57,723 bases of DNA, taken from NCBI GenBank assembly GCA_964444955.1, contig CAYUJB010000003.1, positions 1-57,723 on the forward strand, given 5' to 3'. The DNA is from an uncultured Candidatus Saccharibacteria bacterium (GTDB taxonomy: Bacteria > Patescibacteriota > Minisyncoccia > 2-02-FULL-40-12 > GWA2-44-9). Position numbers and translations under genes: made by a program. Shown here piece by piece: positions 27,824 to 37,246 of this stretch (the stretch's first letter is position 1; each line of letters begins with the position of its first letter). The notes beneath the pieces were generated by a model, which ran no database searches, had not been told where the DNA came from, and saw only the letters and a program-made list of their open reading frames with translations.

Positions 27824-28828
27824 TTATTCTAGCACTGAACTTGATACTTGTCCAGATTCCCCAGCCGTCGCTGACGCGATGACTTTTTGGGTACGGTCTA
27901 CCAAGTGACCAAGCTTTTTGTCACTGCGTTCGAAAGCGGATTGCGCATCACCGAGGTGATCGCCCAGCTTGCGAAAATCGGTTGCCAGCGTAGTGGCGTC
28001 TTTGATGACCACCTCCAAGCGCTTCATGATGGCGCCCGTTTGCTTTTGGAGTTGGACATCTTTGAACCAGTGAATCACCGCCGTGAGAGTGATGTAGAGA
28101 GTGTTGGGCGAGGTAAGATACACTTTGCGCTTGCGAGCATATTCGGAGACATCGTCGTCTTTGAGATTTTGAATCACTTCGTAGTAGATGCTTTCAGCTG
28201 GCATGTACATGAGAGCCATATCCACGGTGCCCTCGGATGGCAAGACGTACTTGGTTGCGATTTCGTCGATGCGCTTTTTGATATCACTCAAAAATTGCTT
28301 GCGGTACGCCACGCGCTCTGGCTCGCCCTGCGCTTCGGACATTTTTTGAAAATTCTCCCAGCTAAATTTTGAGTCGATGGGGAGCAACAGATCATTGGGA
28401 AGCTTGAGCACCGCATCCACGATTTCGCCAGATGCAAAGGAGTGCTGTTCAGTGAATCCTCCGTGCGGGAAGTACTCGTGCAAAATAGCGCCGAGGGTCA
28501 GCTCGCCCCAGGTACCGCGATGCTTGGGTGATCGGAACATCTCCTGAAACGACGAGACGCCTTTCACCGACTCTTGCACCTGGTGCACGGTCTCGCGCAG
28601 TTCGGTCATACCGCGCGTGAACGACTGCACCTGAGAGGCCACCGATGTTGCCGAGCGCTCACTGGCTTGGCGGCTATGCTCGAGTTGTTGCGCCATCTGC
28701 GACGCCAATGCCTCAATGCGCGCACTCACCATCGCAAGCGGATCGGTGCCCTCTGGCGCTCGCCGTCGCGCAATCAAAATCGCCGCAAGGACGATAGTAA
28801 TCGCAAGAATGAGTACTTCAAAATTCAC
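27824..28828 (-). CDS. rmuC: DNA recombination protein RmuC
   Basis: N-terminal TM, RGTWGE, PIDSKF, YMPAESIY and SPNT motifs. Confidence 0.93.
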   Translation of the reverse strand: MNFEVLILAITIVLAAILIARRRAPEGTDPLAMVSARIEALASQMAQQLEHSRQASERSATSVASQVQSFTRGMTELRETVHQVQESVKGVSSFQEMFRSPKHRGTWGELTLGAILHEYFPHGGFTEQHSFASGEIVDAVLKLPNDLLLPIDSKFSWENFQKMSEAQGEPERVAYRKQFLSDIKKRIDEIATKYVLPSEGTVDMALMYMPAESIYYEVIQNLKDDDVSEYARKRKVYLTSPNTLYITLTAVIHWFKDVQLQKQTGAIMKRLEVVIKDATTLATDFRKLGDHLGDAQSAFERSDKKLGHLVDRTQKVIASATAGESGQVSSSVLE

Positions 28829-28868
28829 ACTTCCAGTGTAGCAGGCCCAACTTCAAAAACAAATACTA

Positions 28869-29735
28869 TTAGTACTCGCGATTTATTTTGCGCTTCAATA
28901 CGATGAGGCGATCATTCTTGCCCGTGGGAAATGCAGTTCTATACCTGATGGCTGACCCATTCCATTCTAAAAAAGGCATGCGCAAACCTAGATACCCATC
29001 ATTAACTTTTATCACGGAACCAGGTAAATAAAAGGATACTCCTACTTTTTTTAGAGATTCAGGAATCTTGTCTGGATTTTCCATGAGAAATTTTGCATAT
29101 TCGATACCAGGGAGTAACTGCTCTTTGTAATTCTCCATATCGAGAACGCTACCGGTAGCCGCATCGAACCCTGGTAGCGCAACCTGAATCTCGCGATGAT
29201 CTGAATTCGCTACCCCAAAGTCTCGATCCATGGTCTTTGGATTCAGCGTAAACTCCTGTTCTTCAACTTTGGTTATTCTTCGGCGCTCGTTATAGTCTAT
29301 ATCTTTCGGAGAAATGATCTTAGGTGTGAAGTCCCGATTTGGGAAAAAAAGTTCATACGAAGTCTTAAGGGCTTCTAGTTGCTCATTTCTTTTTTCAACT
29401 TTCACATACTCAGCGTCTTCTTTGAGCGCGCGATCATGGAGCATATCCGTCGCTGTTGCGCCTCCAACAGCAGCCGCCTCTCGTTGCGCATCTTCAAACT
29501 CACTTGCGCGCGCCGCATTCAGAGCATCGTGCGCATGCTCAACCACGTCGCGTTCGGATGCTTCAGCAAGGGCTCGCTCCTGCAAGACATCCATCGGATC
29601 AACGCCGACAGCTTCAGCCTGCTCTGCGGCTTTCAAGTCTTCTTCCCCGCGTAGCTTGTTGATTCTGGCTTGCTCGACAAACGACTTGGGCTTGGGTGGC
29701 TCTGGTGGTTTTTCAGCGGTTGGCATACCTTCCAT
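28869..29735 (-). CDS. Hypothetical protein: acidic helical N-terminus plus CPR-type C-terminal domain
   Basis: Long ORF with LPGIEY..FLMENPDKIPESLK...F.LPGS; function unknown. Confidence 0.7.
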   Translation of the reverse strand: MEGMPTAEKPPEPPKPKSFVEQARINKLRGEEDLKAAEQAEAVGVDPMDVLQERALAEASERDVVEHAHDALNAARASEFEDAQREAAAVGGATATDMLHDRALKEDAEYVKVEKRNEQLEALKTSYELFFPNRDFTPKIISPKDIDYNERRRITKVEEQEFTLNPKTMDRDFGVANSDHREIQVALPGFDAATGSVLDMENYKEQLLPGIEYAKFLMENPDKIPESLKKVGVSFYLPGSVIKVNDGYLGLRMPFLEWNGSAIRYRTAFPTGKNDRLIVLKRKINREY

Positions 29736-29849
29736 AGTTTCTCTACTCTACCCCCCCCTCGAGTACGTCAAGAATATCTGTGTATAGTTTACGATCTGGT
29801 AATTGACGCTCTGGCGTGAAAGAGTAGAAATAGATACTATCGCTCTACT

Positions 29850-31430
29850 ATGGCATCTCCCACGACCATCCGACTCACCGGCGCTGCACTGACCACACAG
29901 GATGTGCTGGCAGTGGTCACCAATCCCCGGCTTCGCGTGCTCGTGGCACCAACAGCTCTCGCGCGGATGCGCAAATCAAAGAAACTTCTGGATGCATCGC
30001 TGACATCACGCATTATCTATGGCGTGAACACCGGCTTTGGACCCATGGCGTCGCATATTATTGGTCGCGATGATTTGATCCAGCTTCAGCTCAATCTCGT
30101 ACGGAGCCACGCCTCGGGCATCGGCGCCCCCATCGATCCCAAGCATGTACTGGCAGCGATGATCATCCGCCTCAACACCATTGCAAAAGGATTTTCGGGA
30201 GCATCTGAAAGCGTTGCTCAGCACCTTGAACGTTTCATCAATGCTCGCATCACGCCAGTGATTCCCGAACATGGCGCCGTGGGCACGAGCGGCGACCTGG
30301 TACAGTTGGCGCACATCGCGCTCGCGCTCATCGGCGAAGGCGAAGTGCACTATCGTGGCACGCGCATGCCAACCGCAGTGGCACTCAAAAAAGAAAAGAT
30401 ATCGCCACTCGTGCTGGGCCCCAAGGAAGGGCTCGCGCTCATTAACGGCACGGCCGGCATGACGGGTATCGCGGCGCTCCTGTGCGAGCACGCCGCGCGT
30501 ATCGTGGCTCTTACGCTCCGCACCGGTGCGTGGTCGCTGGATGTGGTGGGCGGATTCGATGACAGCATCAGCGAGCGCATCCATGCAGTGCGGCCCCACA
30601 CGGGACAACGCATTGCCGCTGCCGCCCTTCGCTCGTTGGTGGCCAAAAGCAAGCGCATGAAAAGTCGTGAGGCATTTAACAAAAAACATGCAATCTCCGA
30701 CGAAGTGCATAAAATCGCCGAAGACGTGCAAGAGATGTACTCGCTGCGCTGCATCCCGCAGATTGTGGGGCCGGTACTGGATGCGTTTTGGCGTGTCCAC
30801 AGCGATGTGACCACCGAAATGAATTCGGCGACCGACAATCCCATTGTTGATTGGGAGCGCGGTGTCTTTTTGCACGGTGGCAACTTTCACGGAGAGTACG
30901 TTGCGGCGGCAGTTGACTATCTCAAAACGGGCATCATCAAGCTCACCATGCTCAGCGAACGACGCATCAATTATTTTATGAATCCTGCCATCAATCACCG
31001 ACTCCCGCCGTTCGTGAATCTCCACACGCCCGGACTCACGCTCGCGCTCCAGGGAATGCAGTTTGTGGCCACCTCCACCGCCGCGCACAGCCAATCATTG
31101 GCATTTCCCCATCACATCCATTCAATTCCGACCAACGGTGATAACCAAGACGTCGTGAGTATGGGATTTGATGCTGCGCTCATCGCCACCAAAGCTATCG
31201 AGAATGCGTATGCGGTGCTGGCGATCGAACTACTCACGCTCGCGCAAGCAACCGATGCGCTCAAATGCTCTGGTGAGTTATCGCCCGCCAACCAGCAGCT
31301 GTATCGCGCGATTCGAAAACAGACAGCGGCCGTACGGGAGGATCGCTCACTGGCACCGGATCTTGCTCGCATCGTGGAATTTATACAGACGTCGGATGCT
31401 CTGCCGTTGGAATCACTACGGAAACCATGA
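29850..31430 (+). CDS. MIO-dependent aromatic amino acid ammonia-lyase (TAL/HAL/PAL family, probably TAL-like)
   Basis: YGVNTGFG, GTSGDL (MIO tripeptide TSG), EGLALINGT, YSLRC, DNP, GGNFHG and NQDVVSMG. Confidence 0.95.
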   Translation: MASPTTIRLTGAALTTQDVLAVVTNPRLRVLVAPTALARMRKSKKLLDASLTSRIIYGVNTGFGPMASHIIGRDDLIQLQLNLVRSHASGIGAPIDPKHVLAAMIIRLNTIAKGFSGASESVAQHLERFINARITPVIPEHGAVGTSGDLVQLAHIALALIGEGEVHYRGTRMPTAVALKKEKISPLVLGPKEGLALINGTAGMTGIAALLCEHAARIVALTLRTGAWSLDVVGGFDDSISERIHAVRPHTGQRIAAAALRSLVAKSKRMKSREAFNKKHAISDEVHKIAEDVQEMYSLRCIPQIVGPVLDAFWRVHSDVTTEMNSATDNPIVDWERGVFLHGGNFHGEYVAAAVDYLKTGIIKLTMLSERRINYFMNPAINHRLPPFVNLHTPGLTLALQGMQFVATSTAAHSQSLAFPHHIHSIPTNGDNQDVVSMGFDAALIATKAIENAYAVLAIELLTLAQATDALKCSGELSPANQQLYRAIRKQTAAVREDRSLAPDLARIVEFIQTSDALPLESLRKP

Positions 31431-32911
31431 CACCCCGAGAGCTGCTTTCGTTTTTCAATTCTCACAAGCGACGCAATTGGGTCAATCACTTCTTCTCGTT
31501 TGATGTCGCAGGGTTCGAACGATTACTCATCGAGCGCGATGAGTCGTTTTGGAATCGCCTGGGCGCACAACGCGCGCTCGCGCTCTTTCACGCAGCGGCA
31601 CAGCGTGTGCCCGCCTACAAGGATTTCCTTCGAACCAACCATGTCCGTCATTCAACGGTGCGCACCGCCGACGATTTTGCGCACGTGCCTCCGACCACGA
31701 AAAAGAACTACATTGATCGCTACCCCCTCGAGGCGCGCTGTTGGGACGGGCAACTCAGCGCCAACGGTCTTGTCGCCATGAGCTCCGGCACGAGTGGGGA
31801 GCCAAAATTTTGGCCCCGGGGTGGGTTTGCAGAATTCGAGGCAGCGATCATCCACGAGCTAGCATACCGATCTCTCTTTCATATCCAAAAAAAGAAAACG
31901 CTGCTGATTATCGGATTCCCCATGGGAGTGTATGTATCGGGCATCGCTACACTTTTGCCGAGCTGGATGGTGACGCAGAGAGATTACACGCTCACGCTGG
32001 TCGCTACGGGCAACAATAAAGCCGACATGCTGCGCGTCGCGCAGCATCTGCGCGAGTCATTCGAGCAAGTCGTTTTGGTGGGGCATCCTTTTTTCATCAA
32101 AGACGTCATCGAGACCGGCGCCTCCCAAGGCATCGACTGGAGTGCAGTGGACGTGTCGATGCTCTACTGCAGCGAGGGATTCAACGAGGCGTGGCGCGCC
32201 CACGTTTCAACCGTCGCCAAAATTCCGCCAAAACGCCTCCGTGCATTTAACACCTATGGCTCATCAGAGACACTCCTCATTGGTCACGAGACGCCACTAA
32301 GCGTTGCCGTTCGCCGCACACTCTCAGAGGTGCTGACCCCCAATGTGTTTCAATACAATCCTTTCTTGCGCTACATCGACGCTACCGGTGATGCACTCAA
32401 CTTCACTATGGATAACGGCGTGCCACTCATCAAATATGATCTCGCTGATGGTGGGCACGTTCTGTCGTTTGCCGAGGCAACTCAACACCTCCCCGCTGCC
32501 GCACGACGTACCGCCTGGAAGCTCCCCTTCGTGACCCTCGATGGTCGCCGCGATAACACCATCATATTCTACGCCGCCAACATCTACCCCGAACACGTGC
32601 ACGCTGCACTCAACGACAAAAAGTTTCTACGTAAAATCACGGGGAAATTTGCTATGCGTAAAGACTATCGTCCCAATAAAGATCAATTTCTTGAGATCAA
32701 TGTAGAACTACGTCCCGACGAAAAACCGACCGCCACACTTTCTGCTGGCATTGCTAAGCACGTCGTAGCGCGCCTGCTGGATATCAACATGGAATACAAA
32801 TTTCTCTGGTCAAATCTCGACAAAGACATCCGCCCGCGTATCGTATTGCGCCCCTACCAGCATGAGGTATACTTCCGACCGGGATTAAAACCGAGGTACA
32901 TTATCAAATGA
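31427..32911 (+). CDS. Phenylacetate-CoA ligase (PaaK)-family adenylate-forming enzyme
   Basis: SSGTSGEPK, TYGSSE, KYDLAD and GRRD...NIYP. ATGA overlap with the lyase. Confidence 0.88.
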   Translation: MTPRELLSFFNSHKRRNWVNHFFSFDVAGFERLLIERDESFWNRLGAQRALALFHAAAQRVPAYKDFLRTNHVRHSTVRTADDFAHVPPTTKKNYIDRYPLEARCWDGQLSANGLVAMSSGTSGEPKFWPRGGFAEFEAAIIHELAYRSLFHIQKKKTLLIIGFPMGVYVSGIATLLPSWMVTQRDYTLTLVATGNNKADMLRVAQHLRESFEQVVLVGHPFFIKDVIETGASQGIDWSAVDVSMLYCSEGFNEAWRAHVSTVAKIPPKRLRAFNTYGSSETLLIGHETPLSVAVRRTLSEVLTPNVFQYNPFLRYIDATGDALNFTMDNGVPLIKYDLADGGHVLSFAEATQHLPAAARRTAWKLPFVTLDGRRDNTIIFYAANIYPEHVHAALNDKKFLRKITGKFAMRKDYRPNKDQFLEINVELRPDEKPTATLSAGIAKHVVARLLDINMEYKFLWSNLDKDIRPRIVLRPYQHEVYFRPGLKPRYIIK

Positions 32912-34053
32912 ACGCTATCGACCGACCCACACTCTATACCACGACGCAGATCTCGCACCGTCGAGCAGTGACAAAGCTTCGGAAGGATACGAGCATCCGC
33001 GTGATCGACACGTACGAGAGCCAACTCTCGGAGCTCTTTGTTATTGAGCACCCTGAGGTTATCCGTCTTCCCAAGCATGAACTAGCGGCAACGCTGACCG
33101 ACTCGGTGAAGAAGACAGCGCGACGAGCTCCTCTCGAGCGTCAGGGCACCTGGGCGTGGCTTCCCTGGCAGCGCGCGCTCGTGCACATCTTGCCCGAAAA
33201 AGAATTTGTACGCGTTCGCACGTCACGAAATGGCAATCTCATCACCCGCGAGGAACAAGAAAAGTTCTATCGGTGCACCGTGGGCGTTGCGGGATTGTCA
33301 GTAGGAGGCAGTATCGCGCTCACCCTCGTACTCCAGGGTGGTGCACGGAATATCCGCATCGCAGATTTCGATTCGCTCGAGCTCTCGAACACTAATCGCA
33401 TTCTTTCGGGAGTGCATGAGCTGGCCACTCCGAAAACGACTATCATCGCGCGGCGCATCTGGGAAATGAACCCATACGCGCAGATCGATATTTTCCCCGA
33501 TGGGCTCACCGAAGACAATATCCCGCGCTTCATGCGAGGACTCGATGTCGTCGTCGATGAAATGGACCAGATGGCAATCAAACAGCTCATTCGCGAGCAG
33601 GCACGCGCGCTCAAGGTTGCACTTGTCTCAACGGCGGATAACGGCGATACGAGTGTTGTAGATGTTGAGCGACACGATCTCAAGCGAACACCGTACTTCT
33701 TGGGACGACTTGGCAAAACCAGTGTCGAGCACTTCTGTGCTATGGATAAGCTACAAATCATCCGCGAGATTACCCGTCTCATGGAACCCAAGAACGTACC
33801 GCCCCGCATGCAGGCGTCGCTGCCCGAAATCGGTCACACGCTCGTATCGGTCCCACAACTGGGTGGCACAGCACTGATGGGCGCGGCGGCAACTGCGTAC
33901 TGCATCCATCGGATCGCGGCCGGGTTGCCCCTGCCGTCGGGTCGATCCATCGTTTCACTCGACGAGAAACTCGAACCAGGATTTATGAAGTCGAAAGCGG
34001 TGACGAAGCGAGACAGGAACACACGAGCATTCGCAAAACTCTTCGGCTTGTAA
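32908..34053 (+). CDS. ThiF/E1-like adenylyltransferase, Rv1355c (MoeY)-type
   Basis: W.W.PW.R.LVHILP..EF..VRT.RN..LIT.EEQ, GVAGLSVG and DFDSLELSNTNR. No CxxC zinc motifs. Confidence 0.85.
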   Translation: MNAIDRPTLYTTTQISHRRAVTKLRKDTSIRVIDTYESQLSELFVIEHPEVIRLPKHELAATLTDSVKKTARRAPLERQGTWAWLPWQRALVHILPEKEFVRVRTSRNGNLITREEQEKFYRCTVGVAGLSVGGSIALTLVLQGGARNIRIADFDSLELSNTNRILSGVHELATPKTTIIARRIWEMNPYAQIDIFPDGLTEDNIPRFMRGLDVVVDEMDQMAIKQLIREQARALKVALVSTADNGDTSVVDVERHDLKRTPYFLGRLGKTSVEHFCAMDKLQIIREITRLMEPKNVPPRMQASLPEIGHTLVSVPQLGGTALMGAAATAYCIHRIAAGLPLPSGRSIVSLDEKLEPGFMKSKAVTKRDRNTRAFAKLFGL

Positions 34054-34122
34054 GCGACGCGCCCTCGAACTCATCGAGGACGTTTTTCTTGAACTGAATA
34101 TAGAGGTATACTAGAAATACCT

Positions 34123-35154
34123 ATGCGCACTGTCGTTGAACGCATCTTAGAGGCGGGGGTGATGGCCCCATCGGGTGATAATTGCCAACCGTGGCGATTT
34201 GAAGTTACCGACGATACAATCGACGTATTTCTGATACCCACACGCGACCAATCACTTTACAGTTGGGGCAATCGTGCCTCCTACGTTGCACATGGCGCGC
34301 TCATCGAAAACATAGCAATAGCATCGGGGCCTCTGGGCATGGCGTGCGATATCCGCGAGCTTCCTGATCCGGACAATCTCCTCCACACGGCACACATCAC
34401 GCTCACCCCAAGCACACCGAAAGAGCATCCACTTACTGTTGCGATAGCGAAGAGGTGCTCGAATCGAAAACCATACAAAGCGCTCGGACTCACCGATGCA
34501 CAAAGGACGCAGCTTACCCAAGCCGGAGGAAATAAGGTGCACCTCATTGAGGATAGCGCCCGGCGCAAAGCGCTCGCCTACGCACTCGCCTCGAACGAAA
34601 AGGTGCTTTTTGAAAATCGCGCCATGCACGCATTTTTCTTTGACCACATGCTTTGGTCATCTATCACATCAGCTCCTCATGCTCTGGGATTCCCCGTGGG
34701 AGCCCTTGAGCTTCCCCCGCCGGTGCGTTTCGTTTGGCCAGCACTACGTCACTGGCCCCTGATGAAGGCGCTCACCTCGCTCGGATTTGCAAATGCGATT
34801 GTGTTTGGCAATACACCCATCTACGCATCAGGAGCAGCGCTTGCCAGCTTTACGCTGCCCGACCGCTCGGAGCGTGCCTATCTGGACAGCGGTCGTACGC
34901 TCCAGCGTCTCTGGCTCACCGCGACACGCCTCGGACTCAGCGCGCAGATTCTCACAGGTATACCTCTTCTCATGAATGCGGTACTCGAGAACAACACAGC
35001 ACTCTCATCAGATCACTGCGCGCTTATTCGCGCACGCTACCAGGCCATCGAATCCATACTGAACACTGACGAGCCCATCGCCTTCTTTTTGCGTATCGGC
35101 ACCAGCGCACCCCCAAGCGCACGCACACCGCGAACCAAACCGTTGATCGTATGA
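34123..35154 (+). CDS. Nitroreductase-fold (Acg-like) flavoprotein
   Basis: APSGDNCQPWRF, RCSNRKPY and GRTLQRLWLTATRLGLS. Confidence 0.85.
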   Translation: MRTVVERILEAGVMAPSGDNCQPWRFEVTDDTIDVFLIPTRDQSLYSWGNRASYVAHGALIENIAIASGPLGMACDIRELPDPDNLLHTAHITLTPSTPKEHPLTVAIAKRCSNRKPYKALGLTDAQRTQLTQAGGNKVHLIEDSARRKALAYALASNEKVLFENRAMHAFFFDHMLWSSITSAPHALGFPVGALELPPPVRFVWPALRHWPLMKALTSLGFANAIVFGNTPIYASGAALASFTLPDRSERAYLDSGRTLQRLWLTATRLGLSAQILTGIPLLMNAVLENNTALSSDHCALIRARYQAIESILNTDEPIAFFLRIGTSAPPSARTPRTKPLIV

Positions 35155-36812
35155 ACCCCTCCACTCCATCACTCGGTCTCATAGGCACATCACTCCTCGA
35201 CCGCCTGGGCAACCTCGATCTCGTCGCCATTCTCATTACCGTAGCGGCAGTTCTGACGCTCGGTTTTGTTGTGTATTTCAATAATCCGAAAAGCTCAACC
35301 AATCGCGCGTTCTTGATGTTTTCGCTGATGACCGTTGCGTACGGCTCAGCTAACTTTGCAAGCTACCAAATCACCGATCCGTGGCAGGTGCTGTGGCTGC
35401 TGCGCATCACCATGTTCTCTGCGGTGTGGCACGCTGTCTCGTTCTTCTATCTCTTCTTCGTATTCCCGCAACAGCGCGTATCGTTGCCCCGGTGGTTTGT
35501 GGGCGGCGCTCTTCCCATCGCAGCAGCTACCAGTATGCTCACGCTCACGCCCTACGTCTTTGAATCGATACAAACAGTTTCCGAGGTTGGTTCAGTCACT
35601 AATCCTATTCGAGGCCCGGCAATTCCTCTCTTTGGTGCCGTCGCGGGCATCTTTGTTATCGCAGGGCTCTGGGAGCTCCTCAAGAAAACGTTCTCGGGCG
35701 CGGACTTACAACGCAAACAGGCGCGCGTCATCCTCTTTGGCGCCGCAACAACATTTCTCCTGATTCTTATCTGTAACGTCCTGCTTCCTCTCGCATTCGA
35801 TATCCTCCGCTTCATCCCCCTCGTCCCCATTTTCTTCTTACCGTTCATCCTTCTCACGGCACATGCCATTCGCAAATATCGATTCTTGGAGACCAAGGTG
35901 CTGGCCACGGAAATCTTTGCCCTCGTACTTGTCATCCTGAATATGATTGAGCTGGTTATCGCACGAGACCTCGCCACACTCATTTTGCGCATCGGTGTAT
36001 TTTCCGCAGTGCTCGCGTTTAGCATCATGCTTATTCAATCCGTTATCCGCGAGGTGAAACAACGCGAGGAATTGCGTACACTCACCGATGATCTCCAGAA
36101 AGCAAACGGTAAACTCACGGAGCTTGATCAGCTCAAATCTCAGTTCTTGTCGTTTGCGTCACATCAACTCCGCTCGCCACTCACGGCTATCAAGTGGCAG
36201 GCACAGCTCTTGCTTGATGGTTCCGTGGGCACGCTACCCAATAAGGCGCTGGAGACCGCACGCGGCATCGAAGAATCATCTGACCGCATGATTGAACTGG
36301 TCAACGAATTCCTCAACCTACGCAAACTCGAAGAGGGAAAAATGGAATACACACTTGAACCCACAGACATCGCCGAGCTTGCCTCAAGCGTAGTCACCGC
36401 CCTCAAACAACTGGCCGTGCACAAGGGGCTTAACCTCACGTATGTGAACACAGCAACAAAAACGCTTTGTTCGGTGGATCGACAAAAAATGATGCAGGTG
36501 GTGCAGAATCTCGTCGACAACGCGGTAAAATACACCGATCATGGCGAAGTGCGCGTTGCGGTGGAGGATGCATCGACTGGGCGACTTCGTATTCTCGTGT
36601 CTGACACCGGTCATGGCATCGATCCCGCGCTGATCGATAAGCTTTTTGAACAGTTTGTCCGTGATAAAAAAGATGCGATGCAAATAGAGGGTACAGGTCT
36701 TGGTCTCTACATTGCCAAGCAGATGGTGGATGCACATCACGGCGCCATTCGAGTGACCTCGCCCGGCAAAGGCAAGGGCAGCACGTTTGTTGTGGAATTG
36801 CCCACGCTCTAG
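35151..36812 (+). CDS. Sensor histidine kinase with N-terminal 7TM (HisKA_7TM-like) domain
   Basis: Multi-TM N-terminus (NPKSSTNRAF); H box ASHQLRSPL, N box NLVDNAVKY, DTGHGI and GTGLGL. Confidence 0.95.
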   Translation: MNPSTPSLGLIGTSLLDRLGNLDLVAILITVAAVLTLGFVVYFNNPKSSTNRAFLMFSLMTVAYGSANFASYQITDPWQVLWLLRITMFSAVWHAVSFFYLFFVFPQQRVSLPRWFVGGALPIAAATSMLTLTPYVFESIQTVSEVGSVTNPIRGPAIPLFGAVAGIFVIAGLWELLKKTFSGADLQRKQARVILFGAATTFLLILICNVLLPLAFDILRFIPLVPIFFLPFILLTAHAIRKYRFLETKVLATEIFALVLVILNMIELVIARDLATLILRIGVFSAVLAFSIMLIQSVIREVKQREELRTLTDDLQKANGKLTELDQLKSQFLSFASHQLRSPLTAIKWQAQLLLDGSVGTLPNKALETARGIEESSDRMIELVNEFLNLRKLEEGKMEYTLEPTDIAELASSVVTALKQLAVHKGLNLTYVNTATKTLCSVDRQKMMQVVQNLVDNAVKYTDHGEVRVAVEDASTGRLRILVSDTGHGIDPALIDKLFEQFVRDKKDAMQIEGTGLGLYIAKQMVDAHHGAIRVTSPGKGKGSTFVVELPTL

Positions 36813-36850
36813 CTAGAATCTCTTGGTTTCCCTGTGGTATACTTAGGGGT

Positions 36851-37246
36851 ATGCCGGGTGAAAAACCTCTCATTCTTCTCACGGACGATGATGCGAGTAT
36901 TCGCAACATTTTGCGCATCAAATTAGAAGCGGCGCAGTTCGAGGTTGTAGAAGCTAAAAACGGCCAAGAAGCCATTGATTTTTGCAGCAAGCAACGCCCC
37001 GACCTCATTGTCATGGACGTCAGTATGCCTGTTATGACAGGCACGGAAGCGGTAACCCACATCAAAGAAGATCCGAAGCTTCGTGATATCAAGGTGGTGT
37101 TTCTGAGTAGCTTTGGTGAAGAGAGTGAACTCAACGCCTGGATCGACCAAAAATACGCCAAAGAGTTGGGCGCGGTTGACTACATGAAGAAGGGTGAGGA
37201 TATCGGCAAAATCATAGAGAAGATAACTACACTACTGCATGGGTAG
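36851..37246 (+). CDS. Single-domain response regulator (receiver only)
   Basis: TDDD acidic pocket, MDVSMP phospho-Asp, FLSS and YMKK; no output domain. Confidence 0.93.
   Translation: MPGEKPLILLTDDDASIRNILRIKLEAAQFEVVEAKNGQEAIDFCSKQRPDLIVMDVSMPVMTGTEAVTHIKEDPKLRDIKVVFLSSFGEESELNAWIDQKYAKELGAVDYMKKGEDIGKIIEKITTLLHG

Noticed and set aside
29850-31430. Lyase as an ordinary histidase of histidine catabolism
   Set aside because: The SH motif fits HAL, but no hutU, hutI or hutG is adjacent, the gene is coupled to an aryl-acid ligase, and the TAL clade I recall also has SH. Not fully excluded without an assay.
32908-35154. Thiamine/molybdopterin sulfur relay, or a RiPP (azole) cluster
   Set aside because: No ThiS/MoaD-like carrier, no zinc CxxC motifs or rhodanese domain, no YcaO and no plausible precursor peptide nearby.
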